64,000 bases of DNA from the NCBI GenBank assembly GCA_039586795.1, contig JBDHJS010000013.1, positions 13,981 through 77,980 on the forward strand, read 5' to 3'. Every line of letters begins with the position of its first letter. The first letter of the stretch is position 1. The notes beneath the pieces are model-generated. The model searched no databases, was not told the origin of the DNA, and saw only the letters and a program-made list of their open reading frames with translations. The stretch comes from Gemmatimonadota bacterium. GTDB lineage: Bacteria; Gemmatimonadota; Gemmatimonadetes; Palauibacterales; KS3-K002. Positions 46,426 through 55,795 of the stretch are shown one piece after another. Both the position numbers and the translations under genes were made by a program.

Positions 46426-47162
46426 CGGCCACCGCCGTTCCCCGCCGCATCAGCCCCTGATAGGCCGAGCATGCTGTCGACCACCGCCTCGGCGTCGCTG
46501 AAGTCGGCGAACACCACGTCGGCTCCCGCCTCCTCCAGCTCCGCAATCGTGTGCCGGCCCGTTGCCACCGCCAACGCTCTCGCATCGACCGCCCGGGCGC
46601 ATGCCACGTCTTCTGGCGTGTCTCCGACGACGACCACCGATCTGCCGTCCAGCTCACCCATGTGATACCGCAGGCGCTCCATCGCGGCGCGTGCCACGCC
46701 AGCCCGATTCTCCGAGTCTGACCCGAATCCGCCAAATGAGAAACTCGATGCCATCCCCGCCGCTTCTAGCTTGAGTCTCGCGCCCTCCTCGATATTCCCG
46801 GTCAGCAGCCCGAGGACCACATCAGAGCGGCTTTCGAGCTGGGCCAGGACATCACGCACACCGGGCAGAACCTCGATCCGATCCTCCCGGCGTCGAACCT
46901 CCAGCTCGCTCTGCAGACGCTGCAAGTAGAGTTGCCAGACGGCCGGCATCCGCTCCCGGATGGCGGGCGCTTCCAATCCGGCGCCGCCCATCAGCTCCAA
47001 AACGATCTGCGGGTCCGTCTTTCCATGGAAACTGTAGTCTTCCGGGTTGCCGATCGTCCCGTAGACCGCCTCGAGCGCCGCGTGCAAAGCGACGCGCCCC
47101 GCCCCATCGGTGAGCAGCAGGGTACCGTCGATGTCGAACAATATCGGGTGATTTGGGGCCAA
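46422..47162 (-). CDS. HAD-superfamily hydrolase (phosphoglycolate phosphatase-like)
   Basis: ILFDIDGTLL motif I, motif II S/T, and C-terminal GDTPEDVACA motif IV. Confidence 0.85.
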   Translation of the reverse strand: MAPNHPILFDIDGTLLLTDGAGRVALHAALEAVYGTIGNPEDYSFHGKTDPQIVLELMGGAGLEAPAIRERMPAVWQLYLQRLQSELEVRRREDRIEVLPGVRDVLAQLESRSDVVLGLLTGNIEEGARLKLEAAGMASSFSFGGFGSDSENRAGVARAAMERLRYHMGELDGRSVVVVGDTPEDVACARAVDARALAVATGRHTIAELEEAGADVVFADFSDAEAVVDSMLGLSGADAAGNGGGR

Positions 47163-47246
47163 ACGCCCTCCGCGCGAGTCCGCCTCCCTGGCCAGTTACC
47201 TGTACTGAACCTATTAATCTGGTCCCGTATGGGGCAGATCGCCACC

Positions 47247-48182
47247 CTACGCCGGCGCGACGGCCCTCAGGATCGCTCGAGCCAGCACCGCCTCTGCGAC
47301 CAGACCGATCCGCAGCAGCTCTATCGGCGAAACCTCGCCGGGCTCCGGGCCCGTCGAGCAGGCGAAGACCAGGTCGCCATCGAACTTGCTGTTGGCCGGT
47401 GACAGGTGACGCACCATTGCGTTCATGGCGTTCCGGGCCACGGCCTGAAGATCGGTGCGTGTCAGCGGGTAGTCGGTGGCCACGACGGCGAGCGTCGTGT
47501 TCGTTCCGGGCTGCGGCTGGAAGCGTGGTGGTGCTCCGTGCTCCACTAGGTAGCGCGCCGAGTCGATGAACTCACCGGCTTCGTCCCGGGCGCCGGCGAT
47601 GATGTTTCCTCGCCCGTCGGTGACGTCGCCGAACGCGTTGACCACAGCGAGTGCGGCCACGGTATGCGCGTCGAGCTCCATGGCGTGGCTGCCGATGCCG
47701 CCCGGCATGGCGCGTTCACCGCCCAGCAGTTTCCCCACCATGGCTCCGGCGCCAACCCCAACCCTTCCCTCGACGATAGGCTCGCCGCTCGCCGCATCGC
47801 ACGCCGCCCGACCCATGGCTGCATCCGGCCTCACATCGGCGCGACCGGTTCCCAAATCGAAGATCACCGCGCTGGGAACGATGGCCACGGTACCGGCGTC
47901 GGTCTTGAAGCCACCGCCGCGCTCCTCGAGCCAGCTCATAACGCCGTCCGCCGCCGCCAGCCCGTAGGCCGAGCCTCCGGTCAGAAGCAAGCCATCGACC
48001 TGTGAGACGATGTGATTCGGAGAAAGCGTACCGAACTGGCGAGTGCCTGCGGCGAAGCCGCGAATGTCCACCGCCGCCCGGAAGGGACCGAGCACAACGG
48101 TGCAACCGGTGGCGGCCGCCTGATCATCGGCGTGGCCGACCTTAATACCGCGAACGGCGGTCAACGTGTGATTAGCGGACAT
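47247..48182 (-). CDS. P1/S58 family peptidase (DmpA-like L-aminopeptidase / N-terminal nucleophile hydrolase)
   Basis: GIKVGHADD...GCTVVL at the N-terminus, with the Gly/Ser nucleophile region VNAFGD; ~310 aa. Confidence 0.8.
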   Translation of the reverse strand: MSANHTLTAVRGIKVGHADDQAAATGCTVVLGPFRAAVDIRGFAAGTRQFGTLSPNHIVSQVDGLLLTGGSAYGLAAADGVMSWLEERGGGFKTDAGTVAIVPSAVIFDLGTGRADVRPDAAMGRAACDAASGEPIVEGRVGVGAGAMVGKLLGGERAMPGGIGSHAMELDAHTVAALAVVNAFGDVTDGRGNIIAGARDEAGEFIDSARYLVEHGAPPRFQPQPGTNTTLAVVATDYPLTRTDLQAVARNAMNAMVRHLSPANSKFDGDLVFACSTGPEPGEVSPIELLRIGLVAEAVLARAILRAVAPA

Positions 48183-48195
48183 TTCATGTCATTTT

Positions 48196-48353
48196 GGACA
48201 GCCGACAGCCGATAGCCGCGTATCGACACTCGAGTCCTGCTGGGCGACCGACGCTCGACTCACGACGTTCGAGCCCGACGCTCGCGCGCGTCGGACATCG
48301 GGCGTCGAACGCCGAATAGTCCTCGAACGTCGATACGCGGCTGTCGGCTGTCC
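48196..48353. repeat. family-B MITE-like element (158 bp)
   Basis: Left GGACAGCCGACAGCCGATAGCCGCG, right CGCGGCTGTCGGCTGTCC. 13 nt upstream of the S58 peptidase start codon. Confidence 0.75.
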
Positions 48354-48414
48354 GCTGTCGAAATAGTCCGTTCGTCGAGCGCCGCCCAACGAACGTCGGA
48401 TGTCGAATGTCGAA

Positions 48415-49887
48415 TCAGCCTTGATCTGGAGCCGGCATTTTATCCATATCGGAAGTATACGAAAAGACCTTGTTGCGCCCCGCGGCTTTGGCGCGATAAA
48501 GCGCCTGGTCCGCCCGGTCGATGATATCCTCCGGCGTAACGATGCCGGCTTCGGGAAAGCCGGCTACGCCGCCACTCACCGTCAGGCGCAGCGAGCCGCC
48601 GCGCAGATCGAACTCGCGTCGGCTGACGCCTTTGCGGATGCGCTCGGCCAATTGGTGGGTACCGTGCGCACTGGTCTCCGGCAATACCAGCAGGAATTCG
48701 TCACCGCCGTAACGACCGACGAAGTCGGCCGTACGCAGCGAGCGCCGTAGCACTTCTCCGATCGAGCGGAGCGCCGCGTCGCCCGTTGTGTGTCCGTGCG
48801 TGTCGTTCAGCCGCTTGAAGTCATCGATGTCGAACATGACAAGACCCAGGAGTCGCTTGTAACGTGCCGCGCGTTCCAGCTCGTTCTCCATCCGCTCCAT
48901 CAGGTAGCGGCGTGACAGGCAACCTGTAAGCTCGTCCGTCTTCGCCAGGATCTCGAGTTGTTCCTGGTGCGAGAGAACGTTCTCGAACATCGCCGCCCGG
49001 TTGAGCGCCCTGACGGCACCCTGAGCGATCGCCGAGGTGAGACGCACCGATTCTTCATCGAGTTGCTGCTCATCCGGGCTCGAGCGCAGGAAGAAGACTC
49101 CGTTACGGCCCTGGTCGAAGTTGAACGGGATGGCGACGATCGACTGGATATCGATATCGATCCGCTCGTTCTCCCAGAGCGGTCGAATCTGCTCGAACAG
49201 CGCCGAGCCCTTGAGGTTCTTCACCAGCACGGGAGCTCCCGTCTCTACCGCCTGGCGGATCTCGGGATAGCGCGTGAGATCGATGGAGAGGGAGCTGATG
49301 CTTGGGTCATCGTGAGCGGCCACCACCGTGCCGCGCTCACCGTCGTCCTCGATCAGAATCATCGAGCAGCGTCGAATATTGAACAGCCGGGAAACGCGGC
49401 GGACGAGGATATCGTAGATCTCCTCGCTCGATAGACTGGCGGTGACGTCGCGGACAACTTCGAGAACGATGCCACTGGTGTCGGCTTCGCGACGCGCCGA
49501 CTGAACCAGTCGACCGCGCTCGATGTGCGAGCTGATCCGAGCGACGAGCTCGCTCAGCGCGAACGGTTTGCGGATGTAATCCGCTACGCCGGCACGGATT
49601 GCGGCCGCCGCCTGCTCCCCCTGCGACTGCGATGAAGTGAAGATGATCGGAACGTCCCGCGAGCCGACGCGGTGTCGCACGTGCTTGACGATCTCGAGCG
49701 GCGCGATCTCCGTGATCGATTCGTCGACGAGCAACAGGTCGGGATGCTGGCTGGCGACGTAGCTGAGCAGCGTCGACCCGTCGCTGATGCTGCGCACGGA
49801 ATATCCGGCTGCCTCTAGCGCCTCGTCGAGCCCCGCCAGCTCTTCGGCCCCATCGCGGCCGATCAGAATGAAGCCTCGGTCGTTCAT
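48415..49887 (-). CDS. response-regulator receiver + GAF + GGDEF diguanylate cyclase
   Basis: Start at MNDRGFILIG. REC domain (LLLVDE...FTSS). GGDEF domain with RYGGDEF. Confidence 0.85.
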   Translation of the reverse strand: MNDRGFILIGRDGAEELAGLDEALEAAGYSVRSISDGSTLLSYVASQHPDLLLVDESITEIAPLEIVKHVRHRVGSRDVPIIFTSSQSQGEQAAAAIRAGVADYIRKPFALSELVARISSHIERGRLVQSARREADTSGIVLEVVRDVTASLSSEEIYDILVRRVSRLFNIRRCSMILIEDDGERGTVVAAHDDPSISSLSIDLTRYPEIRQAVETGAPVLVKNLKGSALFEQIRPLWENERIDIDIQSIVAIPFNFDQGRNGVFFLRSSPDEQQLDEESVRLTSAIAQGAVRALNRAAMFENVLSHQEQLEILAKTDELTGCLSRRYLMERMENELERAARYKRLLGLVMFDIDDFKRLNDTHGHTTGDAALRSIGEVLRRSLRTADFVGRYGGDEFLLVLPETSAHGTHQLAERIRKGVSRREFDLRGGSLRLTVSGGVAGFPEAGIVTPEDIIDRADQALYRAKAAGRNKVFSYTSDMDKMPAPDQG

Positions 49888-50771
49888 TCGGTTGAGGTGT
49901 CCGCGTTGCCGTATTGCACTACCCACTCTCCCCAGGCCGCCGGGTCGACGTTGCCACCTGAAATCACCGCGACACTCGGCACGTGGGGCCCGGGCAGCGA
50001 TCCGCTCATCGCCACCGCGACGGCTGCGGCGCCGCTCGGCTCCACCAAGAGACGGAACTCTTCGGCGCACCAGGCAAGCGCCCGCAGGATCTCTTCGTCC
50101 TCCACCAGCAGCACCTCCTCGACCAGCTGACGAGCGTGCTGGAAAGTGAGGTCACCCGGCCGCACCGGTTTCAGGCCGTCGGCGACGCTGGTCGATGAAT
50201 CGAGCTCCACCAGCGTCCCCGCTTCCAGCGATCGGGCCATCGCCGCAGCTCCGACGGGCTCGACGCCATAAACCTGTACGTGCGGCGCCAGCGCCTTTAC
50301 GGCCGCCGCAACGCCGGAAAGCAGGCCGCCACCGCCGACGGGAACCAAAACTCTTTCCACCGCTGGCCAGTCTTCAATGATCTCGAGTCCGACCGTTCCT
50401 TGGCCCGCGATGATGTGGGGATGATCGAACGGCGGGACGATCGTCAAACCGCGCTCTCCAGCGATCGCTTCGGCGCGCCGCTTTCGCTCCAAAGACGTCG
50501 TACCCTCGAAGAACACTTCGGCGCCCTGCCTCCGGATCCCCTCCACCTTGACCGACGGCGCATCCACCGGAACGACGACGACCGCCGGTATTCCCAGCTC
50601 GGCCGCGGCGAGCGCCACGGCACGCCCGTGGTTTCCCGACGAATACGTCGCTACGCCCCGGGCTCTATCTTCCTGCGAAAGCTGCACGATGAAGTTGTAC
50701 GCGCCTCGAAGCTTGAAGGCGCCACCGCGCTGCAGATTCTCACATTTCAAGCGGAGTCGGCCGCCCCCCAC
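49884..50771 (-). CDS. PLP-dependent threonine/serine dehydratase-like (fold-type II); conserved N-terminus continues to ~50891 with no canonical start
   Basis: LKCENLQRGGAFKLRGA carries the PLP lysine; the Gly-rich loop is VGGGGLLSG. In frame upstream, SSGVQAIERLVDIDEIRAAASRIDGIARRTPLLAERRSSPV aligns to dehydratase N-termini, but it contains no ATG/GTG/TTG between the preceding stop and GTG 50769-50771. Confidence 0.8.
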   Translation of the reverse strand: MGGGRLRLKCENLQRGGAFKLRGAYNFIVQLSQEDRARGVATYSSGNHGRAVALAAAELGIPAVVVVPVDAPSVKVEGIRRQGAEVFFEGTTSLERKRRAEAIAGERGLTIVPPFDHPHIIAGQGTVGLEIIEDWPAVERVLVPVGGGGLLSGVAAAVKALAPHVQVYGVEPVGAAAMARSLEAGTLVELDSSTSVADGLKPVRPGDLTFQHARQLVEEVLLVEDEEILRALAWCAEEFRLLVEPSGAAAVAVAMSGSLPGPHVPSVAVISGGNVDPAAWGEWVVQYGNADTSTE

Positions 50772-50927
50772 GGGAGACGATCTGCGCTCCGCCAGAAGCG
50801 GGGTTCGCCTCGCTATGCCGTCGATCCGACTGGCGGCGGCACGGATTTCGTCGATATCGACAAGACGTTCGATGGCTTGGACTCCGCTGGACTAGGCTGC
50901 TGGCAAGGCGTTTGAGGCGGGGTTACT

Positions 50928-50958
50928 GGGGGTCTACAAATGTCGACTGAAGACCCCC
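50928..50958. terminator. GC stem-loop downstream of gyrA (possible terminator, no U-tract)
   Basis: GGGGGTCTacaaatgtcgactgaAGACCCCC. Confidence 0.35.
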
Positions 50959-51002
50959 TAAAGTCAACGCCTGGCTTGTTTTTCGCCGGCCTGTAGGCTT
51001 GC

Positions 51003-53501
51003 CTACTCCGCCGTAGCCAGCTCCTTCTCTTCCTCTGTCTCCGATACCACCCGGGTCACGTCGACCAGCGTGTCACCGCTGTCCAGGTTGACCAACCGCA
51101 CGCCCTGGGCGTTGCGGCCCGTCTCCCGTATCTCTTTGACTCGCTGTCGGTTAACGATCCCGTTGCGCGTCACGAAGACCAGCTCGTCGTCATCCCTGAC
51201 CTCCATGATCGACACCACTTTGCCCGTCTTCGGCGACAGCCGGACGTTGATCACGCCCTTTCCGCCGCGCCGCTGCATGCGGTACTGGTCGATCTTTGTG
51301 CGCTTGCCCATCCCGCGCTCTGTGACGACGAGCAGGGCCGCTTCATCACGCACGACCACCATGTCGACGACGGCGTCGCCGCGGCCAAGCACGATGCCTT
51401 TGACACCTCGGGCCACGCGGCCCATCTCGCGGACTTCGTCTTCCTGAAAACGGATCGCCTTACCGTTGCGCGTCGCCAGGACAACCTGGTCGTCGCCGCC
51501 GGTGAGGCGAACGTCGATCAACTCGTCCTTGTCGACCACGCTGATCGCGTTGATGCCGCTGGAGCGAACGTTCCCGTAGGCCGCCAGCGAGGTCTTCTTG
51601 ACCATGCCGTTGCGAGTTGCGAACAGCAGGTACTCGTCCTCGCTGAATTCTCGCACCGGCACCATCGCCGTCACCCGATCGTCCGCTCCGATCTTGATCA
51701 GGTTGACGATGGGACGGCCGCGCGCGGTTCGGCTGGTTTGCGGGACCTGGTGGACCTTCAGCCAGTGAACGCGACCCCGCGCAGTAAAGAACAGGATGTA
51801 GTCGTGCGTGGAAGCGGTGAACAGGTGCTCGACCCAGTCCTCTTCTTTTGTCGACATGCCGGCAATACCGCGTCCTCCACGCCGCTGGCGTCGGTAGGTG
51901 TCGACCGGGATTCGCTTGATGTACCCCTCGTGGGACACCGTGACCACCATGCTCTCTTCGGCAATCAGGTCTTCCATCGAGAAGTCGACGATCTCCCCGG
52001 CAATCTCCGTGCGGCGTTCGTCGCCGTACCTTTTCGCCAGCTCGTCGAGCTCTTTCTTGATGATGGTCATCCGCTGCGGCTTCGAGGCGAGGATGGCCTT
52101 CAGCTCTTTGATGAGGGCGCGGACTTCTTTGATTTCCGCTTTCAGCTTCTGAACCTCGAGCCCGGTGAGCCGTGCCAGCCGCATGTTGAGGATTGCATCG
52201 GCCTGACGCTCCGAGAGCTTGTAGCGCGTGCGCAGCTTCTTGGCCGCGTCCTCCGGGTCCTTCGCCTTCTTGATGATCTCGACGACGGCGTCGATGTTGT
52301 CGACCGCCTTCTTGAGACCGATCAGAATGTGCTCGCGCTCCTCGGCGACCTTGAGATCGTATTTCGTCCGGCGGACTACCATCTCGTGGCGATGTTCCAC
52401 GAAGTGTCGGATGATCTCTTTCAGATCCATGATGCGCGGGACGCCATCGACCAGCGCCAGCATGATCGCTCCGAACGTCGACTGCATTTGCGTGTGCTTG
52501 TACAGTCGGTTGAGCACGATCTGCGGAATCGCATCTCGTTTCAACTCGATCACGATGCGCATCCCGTCTCGATCGCTCTCGTCGCGAAGGTCGCTGATAC
52601 CCTCGACCTTTCGCTCGCGCGCCAGCTCCGCGATCTGCTCGATCATCCGCGTCTTGTTCACCATGAACGGGATCTCGGTGATGATGATCCGATCGCCCTT
52701 CTTGGTCTCCTCCAGTTCCGCACGCGCACGCTGCACTATTCGACCGCGACCCGTCTTGTAGGCTTCCTCGATTCCCTTGTCGCCGTGGATGATCGAGCCG
52801 GTCGGGAAGTCCGGACCTTTCACGTACTTCATCAACTGCGCGACCGTTGCCTTCGGGTTGGCGATCAGGTGCTTCGCCGCGCTTACGACTTCACGCAGAT
52901 TGTGCGGAGGTATGTTCGTCGCCATGCCCACCGCAATGCCCGAAGAACCGTTGACCAGCAGATTAGGAAACTTGGAGGGAAGGACCGTCGGCTCTTCGAG
53001 ACGGTCATCGAAGTTGGTGACGAAATCGACCGTCTCCTTGTCGATGTCCGCTAACAGCTCAACAGCGATCGGCCCCAATCGCGCTTCCGTATACCGATAC
53101 GCCGCCGCGCTGTCTCCGTCCACCGAACCGAAGTTCCCCTGACCGTTGACCAGCGGATAGCGGAGCGAGAAATCCTGAACCATCCGCACCAACGCATCGT
53201 ATACCGCCATATCCCCGTGCGGATGGTATTTGCCCAGAACTTCACCGACCACGGTCGCGCTCTTCTTGTGCGGGCGGTTCGGCTGCAGGCCCAGCTCGTT
53301 CATCGCGAACAGAATTCGCCGATGAACCGGCTTCAAGCCGTCACGCACATCCGGCAGGGCACGCTGCACGATGACGCTCATCGAATAGTCGATGAACGAC
53401 TCGCGCATCTCATCCTCCAGGTAGCGCGGGAGAACCTTCTCCTCGGTACCGTTCTGGTTCTCGACCTCTTCCTTCTTCTTGGCCTTCTTCTTCTTCGCCA
53501 T
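51003..53501 (-). CDS. gyrA: DNA gyrase subunit A
   Basis: Lys-rich N-terminus; ...[21 protein letters not shown]... and the active-site Tyr region; 832 aa with C-terminal beta-pinwheel repeats. Confidence 0.97.
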   Translation of the reverse strand: MAKKKKAKKKEEVENQNGTEEKVLPRYLEDEMRESFIDYSMSVIVQRALPDVRDGLKPVHRRILFAMNELGLQPNRPHKKSATVVGEVLGKYHPHGDMAVYDALVRMVQDFSLRYPLVNGQGNFGSVDGDSAAAYRYTEARLGPIAVELLADIDKETVDFVTNFDDRLEEPTVLPSKFPNLLVNGSSGIAVGMATNIPPHNLREVVSAAKHLIANPKATVAQLMKYVKGPDFPTGSIIHGDKGIEEAYKTGRGRIVQRARAELEETKKGDRIIITEIPFMVNKTRMIEQIAELARERKVEGISDLRDESDRDGMRIVIELKRDAIPQIVLNRLYKHTQMQSTFGAIMLALVDGVPRIMDLKEIIRHFVEHRHEMVVRRTKYDLKVAEEREHILIGLKKAVDNIDAVVEIIKKAKDPEDAAKKLRTRYKLSERQADAILNMRLARLTGLEVQKLKAEIKEVRALIKELKAILASKPQRMTIIKKELDELAKRYGDERRTEIAGEIVDFSMEDLIAEESMVVTVSHEGYIKRIPVDTYRRQRRGGRGIAGMSTKEEDWVEHLFTASTHDYILFFTARGRVHWLKVHQVPQTSRTARGRPIVNLIKIGADDRVTAMVPVREFSEDEYLLFATRNGMVKKTSLAAYGNVRSSGINAISVVDKDELIDVRLTGGDDQVVLATRNGKAIRFQEDEVREMGRVARGVKGIVLGRGDAVVDMVVVRDEAALLVVTERGMGKRTKIDQYRMQRRGGKGVINVRLSPKTGKVVSIMEVRDDDELVFVTRNGIVNRQRVKEIRETGRNAQGVRLVNLDSGDTLVDVTRVVSETEEEKELATAE

Positions 53502-53541
53502 CTATTCTGACCTTCGCGTTCCCTGTTCTTTGCCAACGGTA

Positions 53542-53607
53542 AACAGTAAGCGGTGAGCGGTAAGCGGTAACATCGATCCCACCGCTTATCGCTTACCGCT
53601 TACTTCC
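53542..53607. promoter_or_regulatory. triple-heptad hairpin in the gyrA 5' region
   Basis: GTAAGCGGTGAGCGGTAAGCGGTAAcatcgatcccACCGCTTATCGCTTACCGCTTAC. ~23-bp stem, each arm made of 3 heptads, 40-105 nt upstream of the gyrA ATG. Confidence 0.55.
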
Positions 53608-53698
53608 TGACCCACGATAGGCTCCTAAAGGACAAGAGCATCCACCCGCCGCCAGGTCTCACCCAGCGGCACCACCACCCCGCCCCCTCCTAGCGGAG

Positions 53699-54100
53699 CT
53701 ACTTCTGTCCTTCGCCCTCTTGCTGTTCCTGAAGCTCCGGATGCTTCGACGGATAGTAGACGGCCAGCGCCTCCAGGATCTTCCTGTCCCGGCTCGCGTT
53801 CGTCTCAGCCAGACCACCGCCCGACTGCGTCGTGCGCAGCGACTGGATGATCAGGGCGTCGGCGCCCAGGTCCGCTGCCTGCTGACGCGCCTCCAGCACC
53901 ATCTCCCGCTCGTCCGCCGAGACCATGTCCTGAATCTCTATCCGCTTCAGGACCTCGTACTTCTCTTCCGGATAGTCGCCCGGCATAAAGAGCTCGACGT
54001 CGCGTGGCTCGACGGCTGGTAGGGTTACCTTCGTGCTTGTGCCGCCGCTGCAGGCCGCCAGCCCCAGCACTACGGCAAAGAAGGCCGAAAAGTATTTCAT
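53699..54100 (-). CDS. small lipoprotein (paralog A)
   Basis: Start at MKYFSAFFAVVLGLAAC. ...GADALIIQSL...LAVYYPSKHPE, homologous to the next gene. Confidence 0.65.
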   Translation of the reverse strand: MKYFSAFFAVVLGLAACSGGTSTKVTLPAVEPRDVELFMPGDYPEEKYEVLKRIEIQDMVSADEREMVLEARQQAADLGADALIIQSLRTTQSGGGLAETNASRDRKILEALAVYYPSKHPELQEQQEGEGQK

Positions 54101-54313
54101 CGTACAGTACCTGTGGATTAGGGTGGGTCTTGACTCCCACCCCAATTTACACCGCTCAACACCCATTCTCCACCCCATCGCAGCCACTCGGCGAAGTCCC
54201 AAAACCCTTGTTTTTATTGGTTATTCAGGCGCAGGGGGGAATCGCGCCCGCTGCGGTGTGCGAGTCGAATCTGAACTACTCCAGATCGTGCTCGCTACGC
54301 TCGACGCAGCAGC

Positions 54314-54673
54314 TCAGGATGTGCCCGGGTCTCGCTCAATCTCCGGGTGTCGGCTGGGGAAGTAGATGGCGACAGCCAGCAGGGTGACGGTAGGGTTGGA
54401 CACGCTGGCGCTGACACGCCACTCCTTGATCCACAACGCATCCGCACCGTAGCTAGCCGCTTTTTCTCGCGCGCCGGCGATCACATCGGCGCGGGGCGTA
54501 TTGGTCGCGGCTTGCTGGCGGATATCGGCGATCTCTTCGAATTCTTCCTCTGGCTCCTCCGTCAACACCTCAACATCCTCGACCGTCACCGGTGGCAAAG
54601 TCACTCTTGGGCCACAGCCACCAAAGACCCCCGCCAACACCACGATTGCCAAGAATGACAACGCTCGCCTCAT
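54314..54673 (-). CDS. small lipoprotein (paralog B)
   Basis: Start at MRRALSFLAIVVLAGVFGGC. VTLPPVTVEDVEVL...GADALWIKEW...LAVAIYFPSRHPE. Confidence 0.65.
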   Translation of the reverse strand: MRRALSFLAIVVLAGVFGGCGPRVTLPPVTVEDVEVLTEEPEEEFEEIADIRQQAATNTPRADVIAGAREKAASYGADALWIKEWRVSASVSNPTVTLLAVAIYFPSRHPEIERDPGTS

Positions 54674-54758
54674 TCTCTCTTCCCTCGCATCCATACTCGT
54701 TTGAATTCGACTCAACACCGCCGTGAAGATGGCGCCAATAGCGACGCGCCGCAAATGC

Positions 54759-55769
54759 TCACGCCAGGCAACGATAGTCATCCGGCTCCCGGTAGCCCGC
54801 GGCATCCAGTTCCTCGCGGATCAGCTGACGGGCGCCTGCCGCTCCCACGGCCACCAAGAGATATTGACCTTCGCTCGCCGCCACCTCCCGTGCATCGTGC
54901 ACCTGCGCTCCATGAATCTCCTGGCCGATCTTTCGCGCATCGATATCGAAAAACGCTCCGGTCTCGATTCCCTCCTCGATCAATGCCCGGGCGAGGTCTT
55001 TCCCGACACGACCGGCGCCCCAGATGTTCACCTCCGTGCGCCCGTGCAGGACGCTTTCCCGCAAATAGTGGATTTTGCAGCGCCGAAACGCGTTGGCGGA
55101 GTATCGTGGATCGACGCGCGACGCCCGATCTTCCCGCTCGCGCCAGAAGTGGAGGATCTCTGGTACGTTCGCCACGCGCGAGCCCGCCAGGTACAGTCGC
55201 AGGATCAGGTCGTAGTCCTCGGGCCATCCGTTCGTCGCGTAGCCACCGACTTCTTCGAAGCGGCTGCGTCGCATCATCACAGTCGGATGCGCGATCGGAC
55301 ACTCGACGAAGATGTCACGAGCCAGTTCATCCGGCTCACTCAGTCCGTTCAGCCAGTTCTGGTAGCGGCGTGCCCCCCAGCCGACCCCGCCGTGCGGGAA
55401 GTAGCGCACATGAGTTCCAACCGCGTCCACATCATCATGCTGAGACAGGTAATCGACCTGCCGGGTGAGCCGCCGCGGGTGAGTGAAGTCATCCGCGTCG
55501 AATCTTGCGACCAGGTCGCCCCGGCACTCGGCGGCGCCGGCCTGCAGCGCCTCCGCCAGTCCGTTACGCGCCGTGTGAAGCACGCGCACCCGGTCATCGG
55601 CCTCCGCCCAGCGTTCGAGTATGTCGCCGGTCGCGTCTGTTGACCCGTCGTCGACGGCGACGACTTCGTAATCCGCGAACGTCTGAAGACTGAGACTGCG
55701 GATGGCCTCTGGAAGGTGAGCTTCTGCATCTCGGCAGGGAAGCAGTACGGAAACGCTTGGAGTGGTCAC
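54759..55769 (-). CDS. family 2 glycosyltransferase
   Basis: GTG start 55767-55769 (VTTPSVSVLLPCRDAEAHLPEAIRSLSLQTFADYEVVAVDDGSTDAT...). DxD-like FDADD. The upstream Gly-rich ORF extension overlaps the end of uvrA and is discarded. Confidence 0.8.
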   Translation of the reverse strand: MTTPSVSVLLPCRDAEAHLPEAIRSLSLQTFADYEVVAVDDGSTDATGDILERWAEADDRVRVLHTARNGLAEALQAGAAECRGDLVARFDADDFTHPRRLTRQVDYLSQHDDVDAVGTHVRYFPHGGVGWGARRYQNWLNGLSEPDELARDIFVECPIAHPTVMMRRSRFEEVGGYATNGWPEDYDLILRLYLAGSRVANVPEILHFWREREDRASRVDPRYSANAFRRCKIHYLRESVLHGRTEVNIWGAGRVGKDLARALIEEGIETGAFFDIDARKIGQEIHGAQVHDAREVAASEGQYLLVAVGAAGARQLIREELDAAGYREPDDYRCLA

Positions 55770-55795
55770 TCTGCTGATGGCGCCCTTCTTGATGC

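Noticed and set aside
51738-53054. 438-aa ORF on the plus strand inside gyrA
   Set aside because: Antisense to an unambiguous gyrA; low-complexity Arg/Leu/Asp-rich translation.
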